Assembly (NCBI GenBank): GCA_951406725.2
Contig: OX597841.1
Location: 12,834,001 to 12,898,000, forward strand
Length of the DNA: 64,000 nucleotides
Direction of reading: 5' to 3'
Origin: Octopus vulgaris
Taxonomy: Eukaryota
Of this stretch, positions 1 through 16,015 are shown in pieces (the stretch's first letter is position 1; every line of letters starts with the position of its first letter). Both the position numbers and the translations under genes were made by a program. The notes under the pieces were generated by a model. That model did no database searches. It saw only the letters and a program-made list of their open reading frames with translations, and was not told the origin of the DNA.

Positions 1-102
1 TTTACTGAAGCAAGGTCTTGCACAGACATTTACATAATATCGAGGTCTCTTTCTTTCTTTTGCTATCTTACCGTTTTTATCAATATATATATATATATAT
101 AT

Positions 103-300
103 AACGGGAAGCTTTATGAAAATAAACAAAAGACGAAGGCAGGTGGAATACAAACAAACAATTGTATTAGTATGGCGCTCAGGAATATAAATAAAACAAG
201 TCTTTTACGTTTCGAGCCTACGCTCTTCAACAGAAAGATACACAGAAAAGAAACAAGGAGAGAAAAAGGAGAGAAAAAATGCGTGCAGAAGCTAGCGATG
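103..300 (-). mobile_element. Short (TA)n-adjacent repeat with a hammerhead-like motif (Penelope-like terminal repeat / retrozyme-like), copy 1
   Basis: Near-identical to 5523-5715; both begin directly after a (TA)n tract; minus strand 238->201 folds as a minimal type-I hammerhead with a CUGUUGA core. Confidence 0.6.
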
Positions 301-617
301 AGAGAGAGAGAGAGAGAGAGAGAAGAGATAGATAGATAGATAGATACATACATACATACATACATACATACATACATACATACATACATACATACATACA
401 TACATACATACATGCATACATACATACATAGAGTAAGCCTGCAATATATGTTTAAGACGTATTTCTCGATTTTTAAGTGTTTCCTCACGTCCGCGACGTA
501 AAAGTTTTAAGTAATTGTCTTTATATCGAGTCTGACGAGGCTTTGGCTTTGTGGATACCTTAAGTAACTCCATGTCCTTAATTTAAAAGTTTCTGAGCGG
601 GAACGTGAAACTCTGAG

Positions 618-684
618 TAAATCCTTAAATCCTTAAAAATGTTTTAGCCCGAAGGCCGCGGCCATGCTGGGGCACCACCGCTGG
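618..684 (-). mobile_element. LINE-type 3' tail (stem-loop plus short tandem tail) fused to U6
   Basis: Minus strand reads ggtgccccagcatggccgc-ggccttcgggct-aaaac...(taaggatt)x2; shares ggtgcYccagcatggcc with the 3' tails of SINE family A and with 42912-42975. Confidence 0.65.
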
Positions 685-793
685 AAAAAATATGGAACGC
701 TTCACGAATTTGCGTGTCATCCTTGCACAGGAGCCATGCTAATCTTCTCTGTATCGTTCCAATTTAACTATATGTACTGCCGAAGCAAGTAAC
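685..793 (-). ncRNA. RNU6: U6 snRNA full-length copy, probably a retrocopy/pseudogene
   Basis: Reverse complement GTTACTTGCTTCGGCAGTACATATAGTTAAATTGGAACGATACAGAGAAGATTAGCATGGCTCCTGTGCAAGGATGACACGCAAATTCGTGAAGCGTTCCATATTTTTT; contains the ACAGAGA box, AGC triad, ISL and oligo-U end. Confidence 0.97.
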
Positions 794-1043
794 AGATTTT
801 TTGTGATTTTTGTTTGCAGCTTTATTAATAAAGTGTGTGTGTATCAGTGACCATCTTTTGCGTCTTTCCTCGAACGGGTGGAGACTAAGGTCCTTCAGCT
901 TCTCCCAGCGGCTCATCTGTTACACGGAGGCGATTTGGGTCTAACAACATTGGGTTGCTCTGAACTCTGCTGTTACTTTGTAACCCTTTAGCGACCGTTA
1001 TTGGAACCATTAATCCGGGTGACACACGACAAATAATCTCCAC

Positions 1044-1172
1044 AGTCCCGGGTTCAGTCCCACTGCGTGGCACCCTGGGCAAGTGTCTTCTGCTATAGCC
1101 CCGGGCCGACCAATGCCTTGTCAGTGGATTTGGTAGACGGAAACTGAAAGAAGCCCGTCGTATATATGTATG

Positions 1173-1203
<31 letters not shown>

Positions 1204-1410
1204 TTGTCCCCCTAGCATTGCTTGACAACCGATGCTGGTGTGTTTATGTCCCCGTTACCTAGCGGTTCGGCAAAAGAGACCGATAGAATAAGTACTGGGC
1301 TTACAAAAGAATAAGTCCCGGGGTCGAGTTGCTCGATTAAAGGCGGTGCTCCAGCATGGCCGCAGTCAAATGACAGAAACAAGGAAAAGAATAAAGAGAG
1401 AGTAAGAGTA
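1044..1410 (+). mobile_element. tRNA-derived SINE family A, 5'-truncated
   Basis: B-box GGTTCAGTCCC, CORE-like ccctgggcaagtgtctt, internal (TA/TG)n and 3' tail ggcggtgctccagcatggccgcagtc; many copies in the window. Confidence 0.85.
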
Positions 1411-1805
1411 CTCCAAGACATTTTTCTTTTTCTTTTCCTCTTTTCTCTCTCTCTCTCCTGAATGATCTCGGCATCCACCCAGCCCGTCGCCGATGACCAG
1501 CAACCTCATGTGAACTCGTATTCCCACTAAAACTCCGAACATGACCTCCTCACCTCGTCAATAAATGATGGCTACGCTTACGGCACCGGCGCTATCCAAC
1601 GCGCTTGATCTCCCCAGTGGGTGATCCGTCAAATTTGCAAGTCGGGTATTTGGGGTTGCAAGCAAGCAGAAGCATGACTTTGCCTGCTGGAATGTTAGAG
1701 CTGACCATCGGATGAGGTGAACTCATCGGTCGAAACCGGTTCTACCCTGCCCACCCGGGTAAATGCCGCCGCAGCTACAAATACAAGCAGAGCATTGGAA
1801 GCAAT

Positions 1806-2355
1806 AAGGTGGCGAGCTGGCAGAAACGTCAGCACGCCGGGCGAAATGCTTAGCGGTATTTCGTCTGCCGTTACGTTCTGAGTTCAAATTCCGCCGAGGT
1901 CGACTTTGCTTTTCACCCTTTCGGGGTCAATTAAATAAGTACCAGTTACGCACTGGGGGGGGTCGATGTAATCGACTTAATACCTATGTCTGTCCTTGTT
2001 TGTCCCCTCTGTGTTTAGCCCCTTGTGGGTAATAAAGAAATAGGTATTTCGTCTGCCGTTACGTTCTGAGTTCAAAATCCGCTGAGGTCGACTTTGCTTT
2101 TCATCCTTTCGGGGTCGATTAAATAAGTACCAGTAACGCACTGGGGTCGATGTAATTGACTTAATACCTATGTCTGTCCTTGTTTGTCCTCTCTATGTTT
2201 AGCTCCTTGTGGGTAATAAAGAAATAGGTATTTCGTCTGCCGTTACGTTCTGAGTTCAAATTCCGCCAAGGTCGACTTTGCTTTTCATCCTTTCGGGGTT
2301 GATAAATTTGTCCCCTCTGTGTTTAGCCCCTTGTGGGTAGTAAAGAAATAGGTAT
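1806..2355 (+). mobile_element. tRNA-derived SINE family B (Nin/Deu-like central domain) with internal tandem triplication
   Basis: B-box gagttcaaattc followed by gtcgactttgcctttcatcctttcggggtcga..aagtaccag; ~186-bp unit repeated 3x; flanked by the attggaagca duplication (1794, 2354). Confidence 0.85.
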
Positions 2356-2683
2356 TGGAAGCAGTAATCCAGGTGAATGAGGACAAATGTTCTCCACAGC
2401 AGCAAGAAGAATCTAGATTCCTTGCTTCGAATAATCTCCGCTCCCAGTCTGCCAGTCGCTTGGCCATTATTGCTCTCTCTGTGCACACGGAATGGTGTCT
2501 AATCACCGATGCGGATGACCAGGTCATGCACCGAGTCTGACGGCATAAAAGGCGAAACTGAGCGGAGAGACAACTCAGAATGGACAACGGTGGCGACGAT
2601 TCGAGAGAAGAAAGAGGAACGAAGGTAATCGAACAGCATTTACAAGATCGATGGCCATGATTGATTGGAAGTTACTTGTCGCT

Positions 2684-4130
<1,447 letters not shown>

Positions 4131-4530
4131 CCTCTTTCTCATTGACGTCTGCCCTGGAAACGTTTTAAGCTGCCACCCTCTTCCCCTCCCCTCCCCCGCA
4201 CACACACACTCACCATCCCCACCCGTACATACCCGTACCCACCTCCATCGCTCCCACCCGCATTACACCCAGATAATATCAAAAATAGACGATGTTATGT
4301 AGCCCGGGTTCCGTGAAAACTCCCCAAGGGTCGCTCCACTCTCGTTTGGCAACGAAATCAAAGGAATTTAGTCAACACGCCGCTCCTCCACCACTCCACC
4401 ACCACCCCGCCATCCGGGCCACCCACACCCCATCCACCCCAACCCCCCTTCCCACCCCTCAATACAACTGAAAGACAAGAACTTACCAATTCCCACAACA
4501 CGGCTGGAACCTAAGACTGGCAAAGTTCTC

Positions 4531-4564
<34 letters not shown>

Positions 4565-4584
4565 CCGTCATCATCATCATCATC

Positions 4585-4621
<37 letters not shown>

Positions 4622-4983
4622 CCATTATTACCATCATCATCACCATCATCATCACCATCATTATCGTTGTCGTCGTCATCGTCATCCTCATCATCTCCAA
4701 AACCACCATCACCATCCTTACCCTCATCATCACCATTATCATCATCATCATCATCATCATTATCGTCACCATCATCGCCACCACCATCACCACCACCACC
4801 ACTACATCGTCATCATCGTCGTCGTCGCCATCATCATCGTCATCATCATCATCGTCGTCATCATCGTTGATACCATCATCACTGTCATCATCATCATCAG
4901 CAGCAGCAGTAACAACAACTATGTTACCATTTAAACCTTCACCATCACCATCACCATCACCATCACCATCACCAGCAGCAGCA
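4531..4983. repeat. (CAT/CAC/CGT)n trinucleotide low-complexity tract
   Basis: Directly visible. Confidence 0.95.
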
Positions 4984-5313
4984 ATAGTTGACGAGGAGCT
5001 TTACCCAACTTGTAACAATAATTGCTTCCCAGACCCCTGTAACCAACCAATCCATGATGTGTCCAAGTCATAAAACTTATGACTTGCATGAATAGATCGT
5101 AAATATATATATATTCGAAGCTTTCTTCCAAGGAATCTAATGCGCTTAGCTTAGTTTTTCCTTGGGGCTGGCCAGATTGGAGCAATCTCAAGATTAATCA
5201 TCCGAAATTGCGAGGATGATCTGGTTCTTGACTGATGATAGAAAGCTTCGAATGAACCGTCCTTGTTTTTTTGTATCGCCTATCTGGATGTTTTGTTGTC
5301 CCTTTTTGTATCA

Positions 5314-5715
<402 letters not shown>

Positions 5716-6092
5716 ATGGCGTTCTGATATAAACGTAACCAGTTTCGAGTAGTATCGGAGAGGAATGGGCGAAACTACTTGGACATTCCGACTGAAGAGG
5801 CCATCGGCTGCAAATGACCCGTGTATCTTGTTTTGTCCTGGTTGCCGTTCTTGTGCTATCGTCCTTTTGCTGCTTCTCATGTTTTGACGGCTTCCGTTGG
5901 TTGTGTTTTTTACCTTTGATATATATAATATAGCTGATATATATATAATATAAATGAGTAACAGTAGAGTTGCAGGTGTCATCCGTTACAGCCGTTTCTA
6001 ACGACTTCTTTAATTGATTAATGAAAACATTACATCATTCAGTGGGACTGAACCTGGAACCATGTGGTTGGGAAGCAAGCATTTTATCACAG

Positions 6093-6173
<81 letters not shown>

Positions 6174-6176
6174 CAC

Positions 6177-6229
<53 letters not shown>

Positions 6230-6812
6230 TTAATATATATGTGTGTATATACATACATACATGTATATGTATGTATATATATGGATATATATATATATAC
6301 ACGTACATACATACATATACACAGACACATTTGCATACCTACACACAAATTCATACATTTATGTGTGTGTGTATACATTGGATTATGTACACGCTCATAT
6401 ACATACACCAACAAACAAGTCCTTGAGGCTACTGAAGAGGATGGGGCTGTAAATGAGGGCGAAATGGCTACCATTTCTCAATAGAGACTTGTTAAGCATC
6501 AAGTGGTTTCGAGATTTCAGTTCCAAGTTCTTGATTTCTGGGCGTGCTCCGTGTGTCCCCGGCATCAAAGTGGTTCCCAGATAAAAGATGGCTGTTCAAT
6601 GAGAATTTGCGTTGAGCAACCCGATAGGAGAATGTAGGACGAAGGTATTTGAATGTAAATAAACAGTTAATGGTTGTTGACTGGGGTATATCGGGTGGCT
6701 GTGTGGATATCAAAAGAAATGGCTGTGCCGGATAATATACATACAACAAATGTAGGTGTATATGTGTGTGTGTGTATAATATATGTGTGTGTGTGTATAT
6801 ATAATATATATG

Positions 6813-6865
<53 letters not shown>

Positions 6866-6999
6866 ATGTATATATATGCATGCATGTGTGCGTGTGTGTA
6901 TATACAGAGATATATATGTATGCATGAATGTGTACAGAGAGAGAGAGAGACACACATATGTAGTGTGTGTATGTATGTGTCAGTGTATATATATGTATC

Positions 7000-7038
<39 letters not shown>

Positions 7039-7359
7039 TTGTATATATGTATATATATATGTATATATATAAATATATATATATGTATGAATACACACAC
7101 GCACATACATATACACACACACACACACATATATATATACATACATATATATATATATGTATATATATATGTATATTTACATATATGTATGTGTGCGTGT
7201 GTGTGTATAAACTGGTTCTCTGTTGGTTACGAAGACGAGGTTTCTAATGAAGTGAATGTCCTACTGGTTGAGTGCATCACAGATACACATACACTTAATG
7301 CATTCCTCGGGGAGTGCAACACACCTAACCACTAAGCCACACACAAGCATGTATAGATA

Positions 7360-8800
<1,441 letters not shown>

Positions 8801-9291
8801 CACACAATTATCTCCTAACAACAACAACAACAACATGAACAGCCAGCGGCGTAACACGCGCGGCATATCAGAAGTCATTGTCTGGTTACGATATCCGAGC
8901 AACACCGAAAGAAGATGACACAATGAAAATGGCGATATCGAATTTCAGGCACAATGGAAAATGGCTGAAGGCGGTCGCTGCGTAAAAGATTTATCGACAC
9001 AGGAAGTGGAGAGGTGGAGGGCGGCGACCAACGTTGTTTCCTCAATATTTCATGCTCACATTAGCTGCTCAGCCAACCGGAAAATGAGGTCTTCTCTCTG
9101 TACAGGTGATACATACCTGTAGTACATACGAAATGTATACGAAAATGATGTGTACCAATGGTATGTACCAAAGCAAGATATGAGCGGCATGTACCAGGAT
9201 GGTATGTACAGATATGGTCTGTAGAAATGGTATATTCCAATGGTATGTTCTAGCGTTATGCATCAATGATATATCCTTTTCTATTCTTAAT

Positions 9292-9735
9292 GCGGCGAGC
9301 TGGCAGAATGGTTAGCACGTCGGGCGAAATGCTTAGCGGTATTTCGTCTGCCGTTACGTTTTGAGTTCAAATTCCGCCGAGGTCGACTTTGCCTTTCATC
9401 TTTTCGGTGTGGATAAATTAAGAACCAGTTACGCACTGGAGTCGATGTAATCGACTTAATCCGTTTGTCTGTCCTTGTTTATCCTCTCTGTGTTTATATA
9501 TACAGTGCCAGTGCCCCCTGATTGGTTTCCATACCGGTGGCACATAATATGCACCATCCAAACACGTAAAAGGCACCCACTACTTTCTCGGAGTGATTGG
9601 CCTTAGGAAGAGCACCCAGCTGTAGAAACCTTGCCAGATCAGATTGGAGCCTGGTGCAGCCTCCTGGCTTGCCAGTGCTCCGTCAAACTCATTCCAAGGT
9701 GGAAAGTGGACATTAAACGACGATGATGATGATGA
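9292..9735 (+). mobile_element. SINE family B copy followed by a SINE family C 3' part ((GAT)n tail)
   Basis: Matches other family B and C copies in the window. Confidence 0.8.
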
Positions 9736-9742
9736 TATACAT

Positions 9743-9812
<70 letters not shown>

Positions 9813-10102
9813 AAGGAAAGTTTCTTGTCGAAGATACGTCTCGCTTTTATCCTTCGAAACGTAGAGTAGATGAAACCTTAGCGACTGAAGAAGGGGTTTT
9901 TTCGTTGTGTTAATTGTCCTGTACTCCATTTTTTGTTGTTTTAAAAAAAATGTCCAGTTCCTTTGGTTTGTGTCTATGTTTTCGTTTCTCCTTGTGTTCG
10001 ACGTCCCTTTGGTGTCCTGTACTCATATATGCGTGTATATGTACATGTAGAGGTAGGTACGTACATATATGTTTATATATATGCATATGTTTTATTCATT
10101 TA

Positions 10103-10165
<63 letters not shown>

Positions 10166-10746
10166 GTGTGTGTGTGACGGGCTTCTTTCTGTTTTTGTCA
10201 ACCAAATCCACTCAAAAGAAAATGGACGGGCAAAGGCCGTAGTAGAAAGCTGTTGTAAAGTGGGTTCCTCCCGCTGGTGTGATGTGTGACTGCCATTGTA
10301 CTGTAGTTGCTGTTTTATACTAGTAGCCACAATAGTTACTAGTCATGGGTTTACCGTTGTATCTCTTCGTACCGGAAGAGTAATACACTAACATCTTCTG
10401 TCTTGCTATTGCTGATCGCTCCACAAGGCACCGACGACAACTGTCGATTCTCAAGTCTTCGACTCTCGACCCTCTCTTGACGACCGGCTACTGGTCTATT
10501 TGTAATGGCAGCGTCCTACCACTTTTTTTACCGGGAGGGGTATACAGTTTCTCTGTACAACAAAATCATTTGCCAAACCTTCCGAGTTCTTTCTTCTATA
10601 CAGGGCTTAGAAAAACTGAAGGGCCACTGCAATAAGTATGTGAATCTGAGAAGGGAATAAAATCGTAATTAACTGGTCTGCCTGGATTTTCTCTTACCCA
10701 AAGCCAGGAACTTTTCAGCAGACTCTCGTATATATAGTGTCTATAG

Positions 10747-10947
10747 CAGTGCTTTTCAAACTTTTTGCTGGAGCGGAACCCCAAGGAAACATTCCACCGG
10801 CTCGGGGAACCCCTGTGCAATAATTTAATAGTCTTATGCACACAAATCTGCACAGGAGAATTAAAAATTACTGCCGATTTTAGCAGTTTTGTAACTTCTT
10901 GCGGAATCCCTGGACTGTACTGGCGGAACCCTGTTTGAAAACCACTG
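10747..10947 (+). mobile_element. hAT-like MITE
   Basis: TIRs cagtgcttttcaaac / gtttgaaaaccactg; 8-bp TSD gtctatag/ctctatag; second copy at 18027-18245. Confidence 0.8.
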
Positions 10948-11159
10948 CTCTATAGATCTATGCGCACGTGTGTGTGTGTGTATGTGTGTATATTTTCTCC
11001 GTTGGCTAGAATCTGATGCCCCGACATCTCTTTTGCAATCCTTCCAGCCAGTCTGTTACACATTCCTTCTTCTTCCTTATATTTAGCCATTTTCGTGATG
11101 GATCCTTTCTGTGCGTTAATTTCATTGACCGGACACACAGACACACAGAGGCGCCAAGG

Positions 11160-12070
11160 AATTATACACACACGTACAAACAAACACACATACACACAGA
11201 TACATGTATTTGCATGCAAACACATACATATATGAATACATTCAAACATACACATACACAAACAGAAATACATATTTCACACACACATATATATACATAT
11301 ATACATACTTAAATACATACACATAATACAGAAATGTATGCGTTCATATATGCACACATATATACATAGAAACACACATACACATGCACACACATAAATA
11401 ATATATGTACTTACATAAATACATGACATATATACGTACATACAAGCGTACAGACTTACAAACACACACACACATACACACATACATTTATACATGCGTA
11501 CATACATATATACATACATACACACATACATAATACATACTTACATGCATACACACACATACATACACACACTATACATACATACACACATACATACATA
11601 CATACATTCACACATACATTCATACATACATACATTCATACATACATACATACATTCATACATTCACACATACATACATACATTCACACATACATACATA
11701 CATACATACATACATACATACATTCACACATACATTCATACATACATACATTCATACATACATACATACATTCATACATTCACACATACATACATACATT
11801 CACACATACACACATTCAAACATACATACATACATACATACATACATACATACATACATACATACGCACATACGTACGTACATACATACATACATAATAC
11901 ACACATACATACATACATACACACATACATACATAATACATACATACATACATACATACATACATACATACATACGCACATACGTACGTACATACATACA
12001 TAATACACACATACATACATACACACATACATACATAATACATACATACGTACATACATACACACACACA
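11160..12070. repeat. (CATA)n/(CA)n compound microsatellite
   Basis: Directly visible. Confidence 0.95.
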
Positions 12071-12298
12071 TTGAGTGTCATCTGAAGCCGAAAGCATTAC
12101 TCAAGCGTCAGATAAAAAGAGGCAGACGACAGAGAGAGGGGGGAGGGCGAGAGAGGGAGAGAGAGAGGGGGGAGGGGACAGACAGACAGACAGACAGAAA
12201 TAAGGTCATCTTCATTGTTGTGTGACGGGTCTTTCGTGTAATTAAGTTGTGACAGTCATCAGAGACAAGGTCCAGTCATCCATTACATTACCCAAAGC

Positions 12299-12374
<76 letters not shown>

Positions 12375-12441
12375 CATACATACACACACATAGATATACA
12401 CGAATATCACACACATATACATATAATTGTACATACATACG

Positions 12442-12477
<36 letters not shown>

Positions 12478-12837
12478 CATACACATAGATAGATATACAC
12501 GAATATCACACACACACATATATACATATAATTGTACACACACACACACACACACATTCTTCATTTCCTCTCCTCCTTTGCCCCCCCCACACACACACAC
12601 ACATAATTCATTCTGTTCGACTCAGCAATTCTCTGACTTCCAAATTCTCTTTGAATGTTTGTCAGACGATCAATTAAACAACCCTGCCACACACACAGAC
12701 GCTAACATCATCGTCCACCACCACCACCACCACCACCACCACCACCACCACCACCACCATCACCACCATCATCATCATCATCATCACCACCACCACCACC
12801 ACCACCACCACCACCACCACCACCACCACCACCACCA

Positions 12838-13636
12838 GCGAGCCGGCAGAATCTTTAGTACAAAACGCTTAGCGATATGTCATCTGCCGCTATGTTCTCG
12901 GTTCAAATTCCGCCCAGGTCCACTTTACCTATCTTCCTTTCAGGGTCGATAGATTAAGTACCATTGAGACACTGGAGTCAATGTTATTGACTAGTCCCCC
13001 CACCCCCACAAATTTCAGGCGTTGTCCCCTTAGTAGAAAGGATTATTATTATTATTATTAAGGAGGCGAGCTGGCAGAAACGTTAGCACGCCAGGCGAAA
13101 TCCATAGCCGTATTTTGCCTGCCGTTACATCCTGAGTTCAAATTCCGCCGAGGTCGACTTTGCCTTTCATCTTTTCGGGGTCAATTAAATAAGTACCTGT
13201 TACGCACTGGGGTCGATGTAATCGACTTAATCCCTTTGTCTGTCCTTGTTTGTCCCCTCTGTGTAGTAAAGAAATAGGTATTTCGTCTGCTACTACATTC
13301 TGAGTTCAAATTCCGCCGAGGTCGACTTTGCCTTTTATCCTTTCGGGGTCGATAAATTAAGTAGCAGTTATGCTCCTTGGCAATGTACCATGCTTGTGGT
13401 GGCCTGCCAAGCCAAGTGAGATCGTAGTTGTGGCCGATGTCAGTGTCAGGTCAATGGCACATAAAAAGCATCCCCTACACTCTCAGAGTGGTTGGCGTTA
13501 GGAAGGGCATCCAGCCGTAGAAACTCTGCCAGATCAGATTGGAGCCTGGTGCAGCTCCCCAGCTTACCAGTTTTCAGTCAAACTGTCCAACCCATGCCAG
13601 CATGGAAAGCAGATATTAACTGATGATGATGATGAT
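12838..13636 (+). mobile_element. Cluster of SINE family B copies and a family C 3' end
   Basis: Similarity to other copies; B-box and Nin-like domain; (GAT)n tail. Confidence 0.8.
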
Positions 13637-14189
13637 CACTGAGTCAACAACAACAACATCAACATAAACTATCATTAAACTATTATTATTCTCCACCACC
13701 AAAAACCCTGGTCCTGTTCCTATGGAAACAATTCTTATTAATCTGGTGAATCACTACTTGAAGCTTAGTGTTTCTACTCAATTTCCTTCCCAATAACCAT
13801 CATGTAGCTGTCTATAACTTTCACTCTCCCTCTCTCTATGTTCTATTACTCTTGTGCCTATAATTTTTCTTTTCTTTTATTTCTGTTACCAACAACATCA
13901 ATCATGTTCAGATAGTGCTTTTTATGTACCACCAGCACAGGAGCCAATCAGGGGGCACTGGCCACAGCTACAATTTTGGTTTTACTTGACTCAACAGGTC
14001 TTCCCAAGCACATTAAATCACCCAACGTATCAAGGGTACTCTTAAATGGGCCTGGACATGCAACACTGGCCTCAGCCATGGCTGCGATCTCACTTCAGTT
14101 GCTGGGTCTTCTCAATCACAGCATATCTCCAAAGGTCTCGCTCTCCTGTCATTGCGTCTGTGAGGTCCAATGTTCGAAGGTCGTGCTTC

Positions 14190-14410
14190 ACCACCTCATC
14201 CCACGTCTTCCTCTTCCACAGGTAGGGTGTAGCACTTCCTCACACAGCTGTCCTCATCCATACATAACATATGGTCATACCAGTGCAGTTGTCTTTCTTG
14301 CACACCACATCTGATGCTTCCCATGTCCAACTTTTCTCTCAGGGCACTTACACTTTGTTGTGTATGCACACTGACATTACACATCCAGCGGATCATACTA
14401 GCTTCATTTC
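14190..14410 (-). mobile_element. RTE-clade LINE 3' ORF fragment
   Basis: IRWMCNVS...LREKL...RQLHWYDHMLCMDEDSCVRKC resembles the RTE C-terminal RLRWFGHV-R region. Confidence 0.7.
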
Positions 14411-14580
14411 TTGTTATATTTAAAATTAATTGAAATAATTGAAATAATAAGTTACGGAAACAAAAGGGTTAATTACAATGCAAAACCCAGAGAAGTTTTG
14501 CACTCCGGTTCAGCAAATAATAAAAGAAAACAGAAAAGCACAATGTAAAGAAATGACTTTTATTATTATCATTATTATTA

Positions 14581-14727
14581 TTATTCATAATATATGAAAG
14601 AAATATCAAAGAACTTGTGGTTTGGCATGGATGTGATTCGATGATTGATATGTTTAACAAAGCGAAGTGTTTCCGAGTCTCGATAGACGAGGGCCAGAGA
14701 ATTGTGGGCTGGGCTGACAGTAAGCAG
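14581..14727 (-). CDS. OGFOD1: OGFOD1 exon 13 (last coding exon)
   Basis: [48 protein letters not shown], matching the OGFOD1 C-terminus; ttttcag acceptor; AATAAA just downstream. Confidence 0.95.
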   Translation of the reverse strand: MLTVSPAHNSLALVYRDSETLRFVKHINHRITSMPNHKFFDISFIYYE

Positions 14728-14796
14728 CTGAAAATATATACAAAAACATTTATGAATATAAAAACATGAATTTATATAAAGTGAAAGAATGGAACT

Positions 14797-15024
14797 TAAC
14801 CCTTTAGTGTTCGCATTATTCTGCCAAAATTAATCCCTTTTTTATCCAAATTGTTTTGAACTAATCATGCATTATCTTGTAGCTATGAGATTTTGATGAG
14901 GTAGCTGTTAATTTTTAAAACGATATTGTAGGGTTGGTGTGAGAGACCAGATCTGGCCAGTTTGAATATAAAACAGGCTGAATACTTCTGGCCGGATATG
15001 GCCGGTTTAAATGCTTAAGGGTTC
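14797..15024. mobile_element. piggyBac-like MITE
   Basis: ttaa-ccctt ... aaggg-tt termini; related pieces near 26000-27015 and 62245-62470. Confidence 0.55.
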
Positions 15025-15497
15025 AGGCATGATATTCCATTGTTTAGTTACAGGAGTTTCAACACAACACATGCTTTTAGTGAATAAAAATATTAACCTT
15101 TGGAGCAGCCGAAACTGCAAATCCAATCTGGAACTCGACTGATGAAAGAAAACTCCGACTGACCCGTCCTTGTTTCTTCTTGTCCCTTTCTGTATCCCCT
15201 AACTGTATGAATGTTTTGTTGTTGCCTGTTGCGTTCTTGTCCTATTTTTTGTATCCTTTTTCATATACATATGTATGTACGTATGTGTGTATGTGTGTGT
15301 ATATGTTTGTGTGTCTGTGCACCCAACATCGCTTGACAACCGATGCTGGTGTGATTACATCCCCATAACTTAGCAGTTCAGCAAAAGACACCGATAAAGT
15401 ACTAGGCTTACAAAGAATAAGCCATGGGGTCAATTTGCTTGACTAAAGATGGTGCTCCAGCATGGCCACAGCCAAATGGCTGACACAAATAAAAGAA

Positions 15498-15880
15498 TCA
15501 TCATCATCGTTTAACGTCTGCTTTCCATGCTGGCATGGGTTGGACGGTTTTGACTGAGGACTGGTGAACCAGATGGCTGCACCAGGCTCTAATCTTGATT
15601 TGGCAGGGTTTCTACAGCTGGATGCCCTTCCTAACACCAACCACTCCGAGAGTGTAGTGGGCGCTTTTACGTGCCATTGGCACGGGGGCCAGTCAGGTGG
15701 TACTGGCAACGACCTCACTCGAATCTTTTTACACATGCCACTGGCACAGGTGCCAGTAAGGCGACGCTGGTAACGATCATGCTCGAATGGTGTCTTTTAC
15801 GTGCCACTGGCACGGAGGCCAGGTAGCCACTCTGGCAACGATCATGCTCGGATGGTTCTCTTTGCACCCTACTAGCACCG
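15498..15880 (-). mobile_element. SINE family C (RTE-associated, (GAT)n tail, internal subrepeats)
   Basis: Conserved ggagtggttggYgttaggaagggcatccagctgtagaaa block on the minus strand. Confidence 0.8.
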
Positions 15881-15956
15881 AATATATATATATATATATA
15901 TACTGGTATTTAACTCTAAATAACTATGTATGTATGTATATATAGCAGAAGCTTAC

Positions 15957-16015
15957 CTCTTCATCTTCACCATTCACTATATATGATATATATCCGCCAT
16001 AGTCTGGTTGCCAAC
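15957..16015 (-). CDS. OGFOD1: OGFOD1 exon 12
   Basis: (G)WQPDYGGYISYIVNGEDEE; AG/GT boundaries, phase consistent. Confidence 0.95.

Noticed and set aside
794-870. Functional U6 promoter (TATA-like tttattaataaa at about -30)
   Set aside because: No convincing PSE; the flank appears to be the continuation of the interrupted host repeat, and the U6 copy has a retro-tail. Not fully excluded
1715-1745. Hairpin followed by GAAACCGGTT
   Set aside because: Core reads CTGACCA and overlaps the stem; stem I is not formed
10250-10600. Possible LTR fragment
   Set aside because: Purine-tract-like and TG-start features only; no paired LTR, PBS or coding remnant to support it
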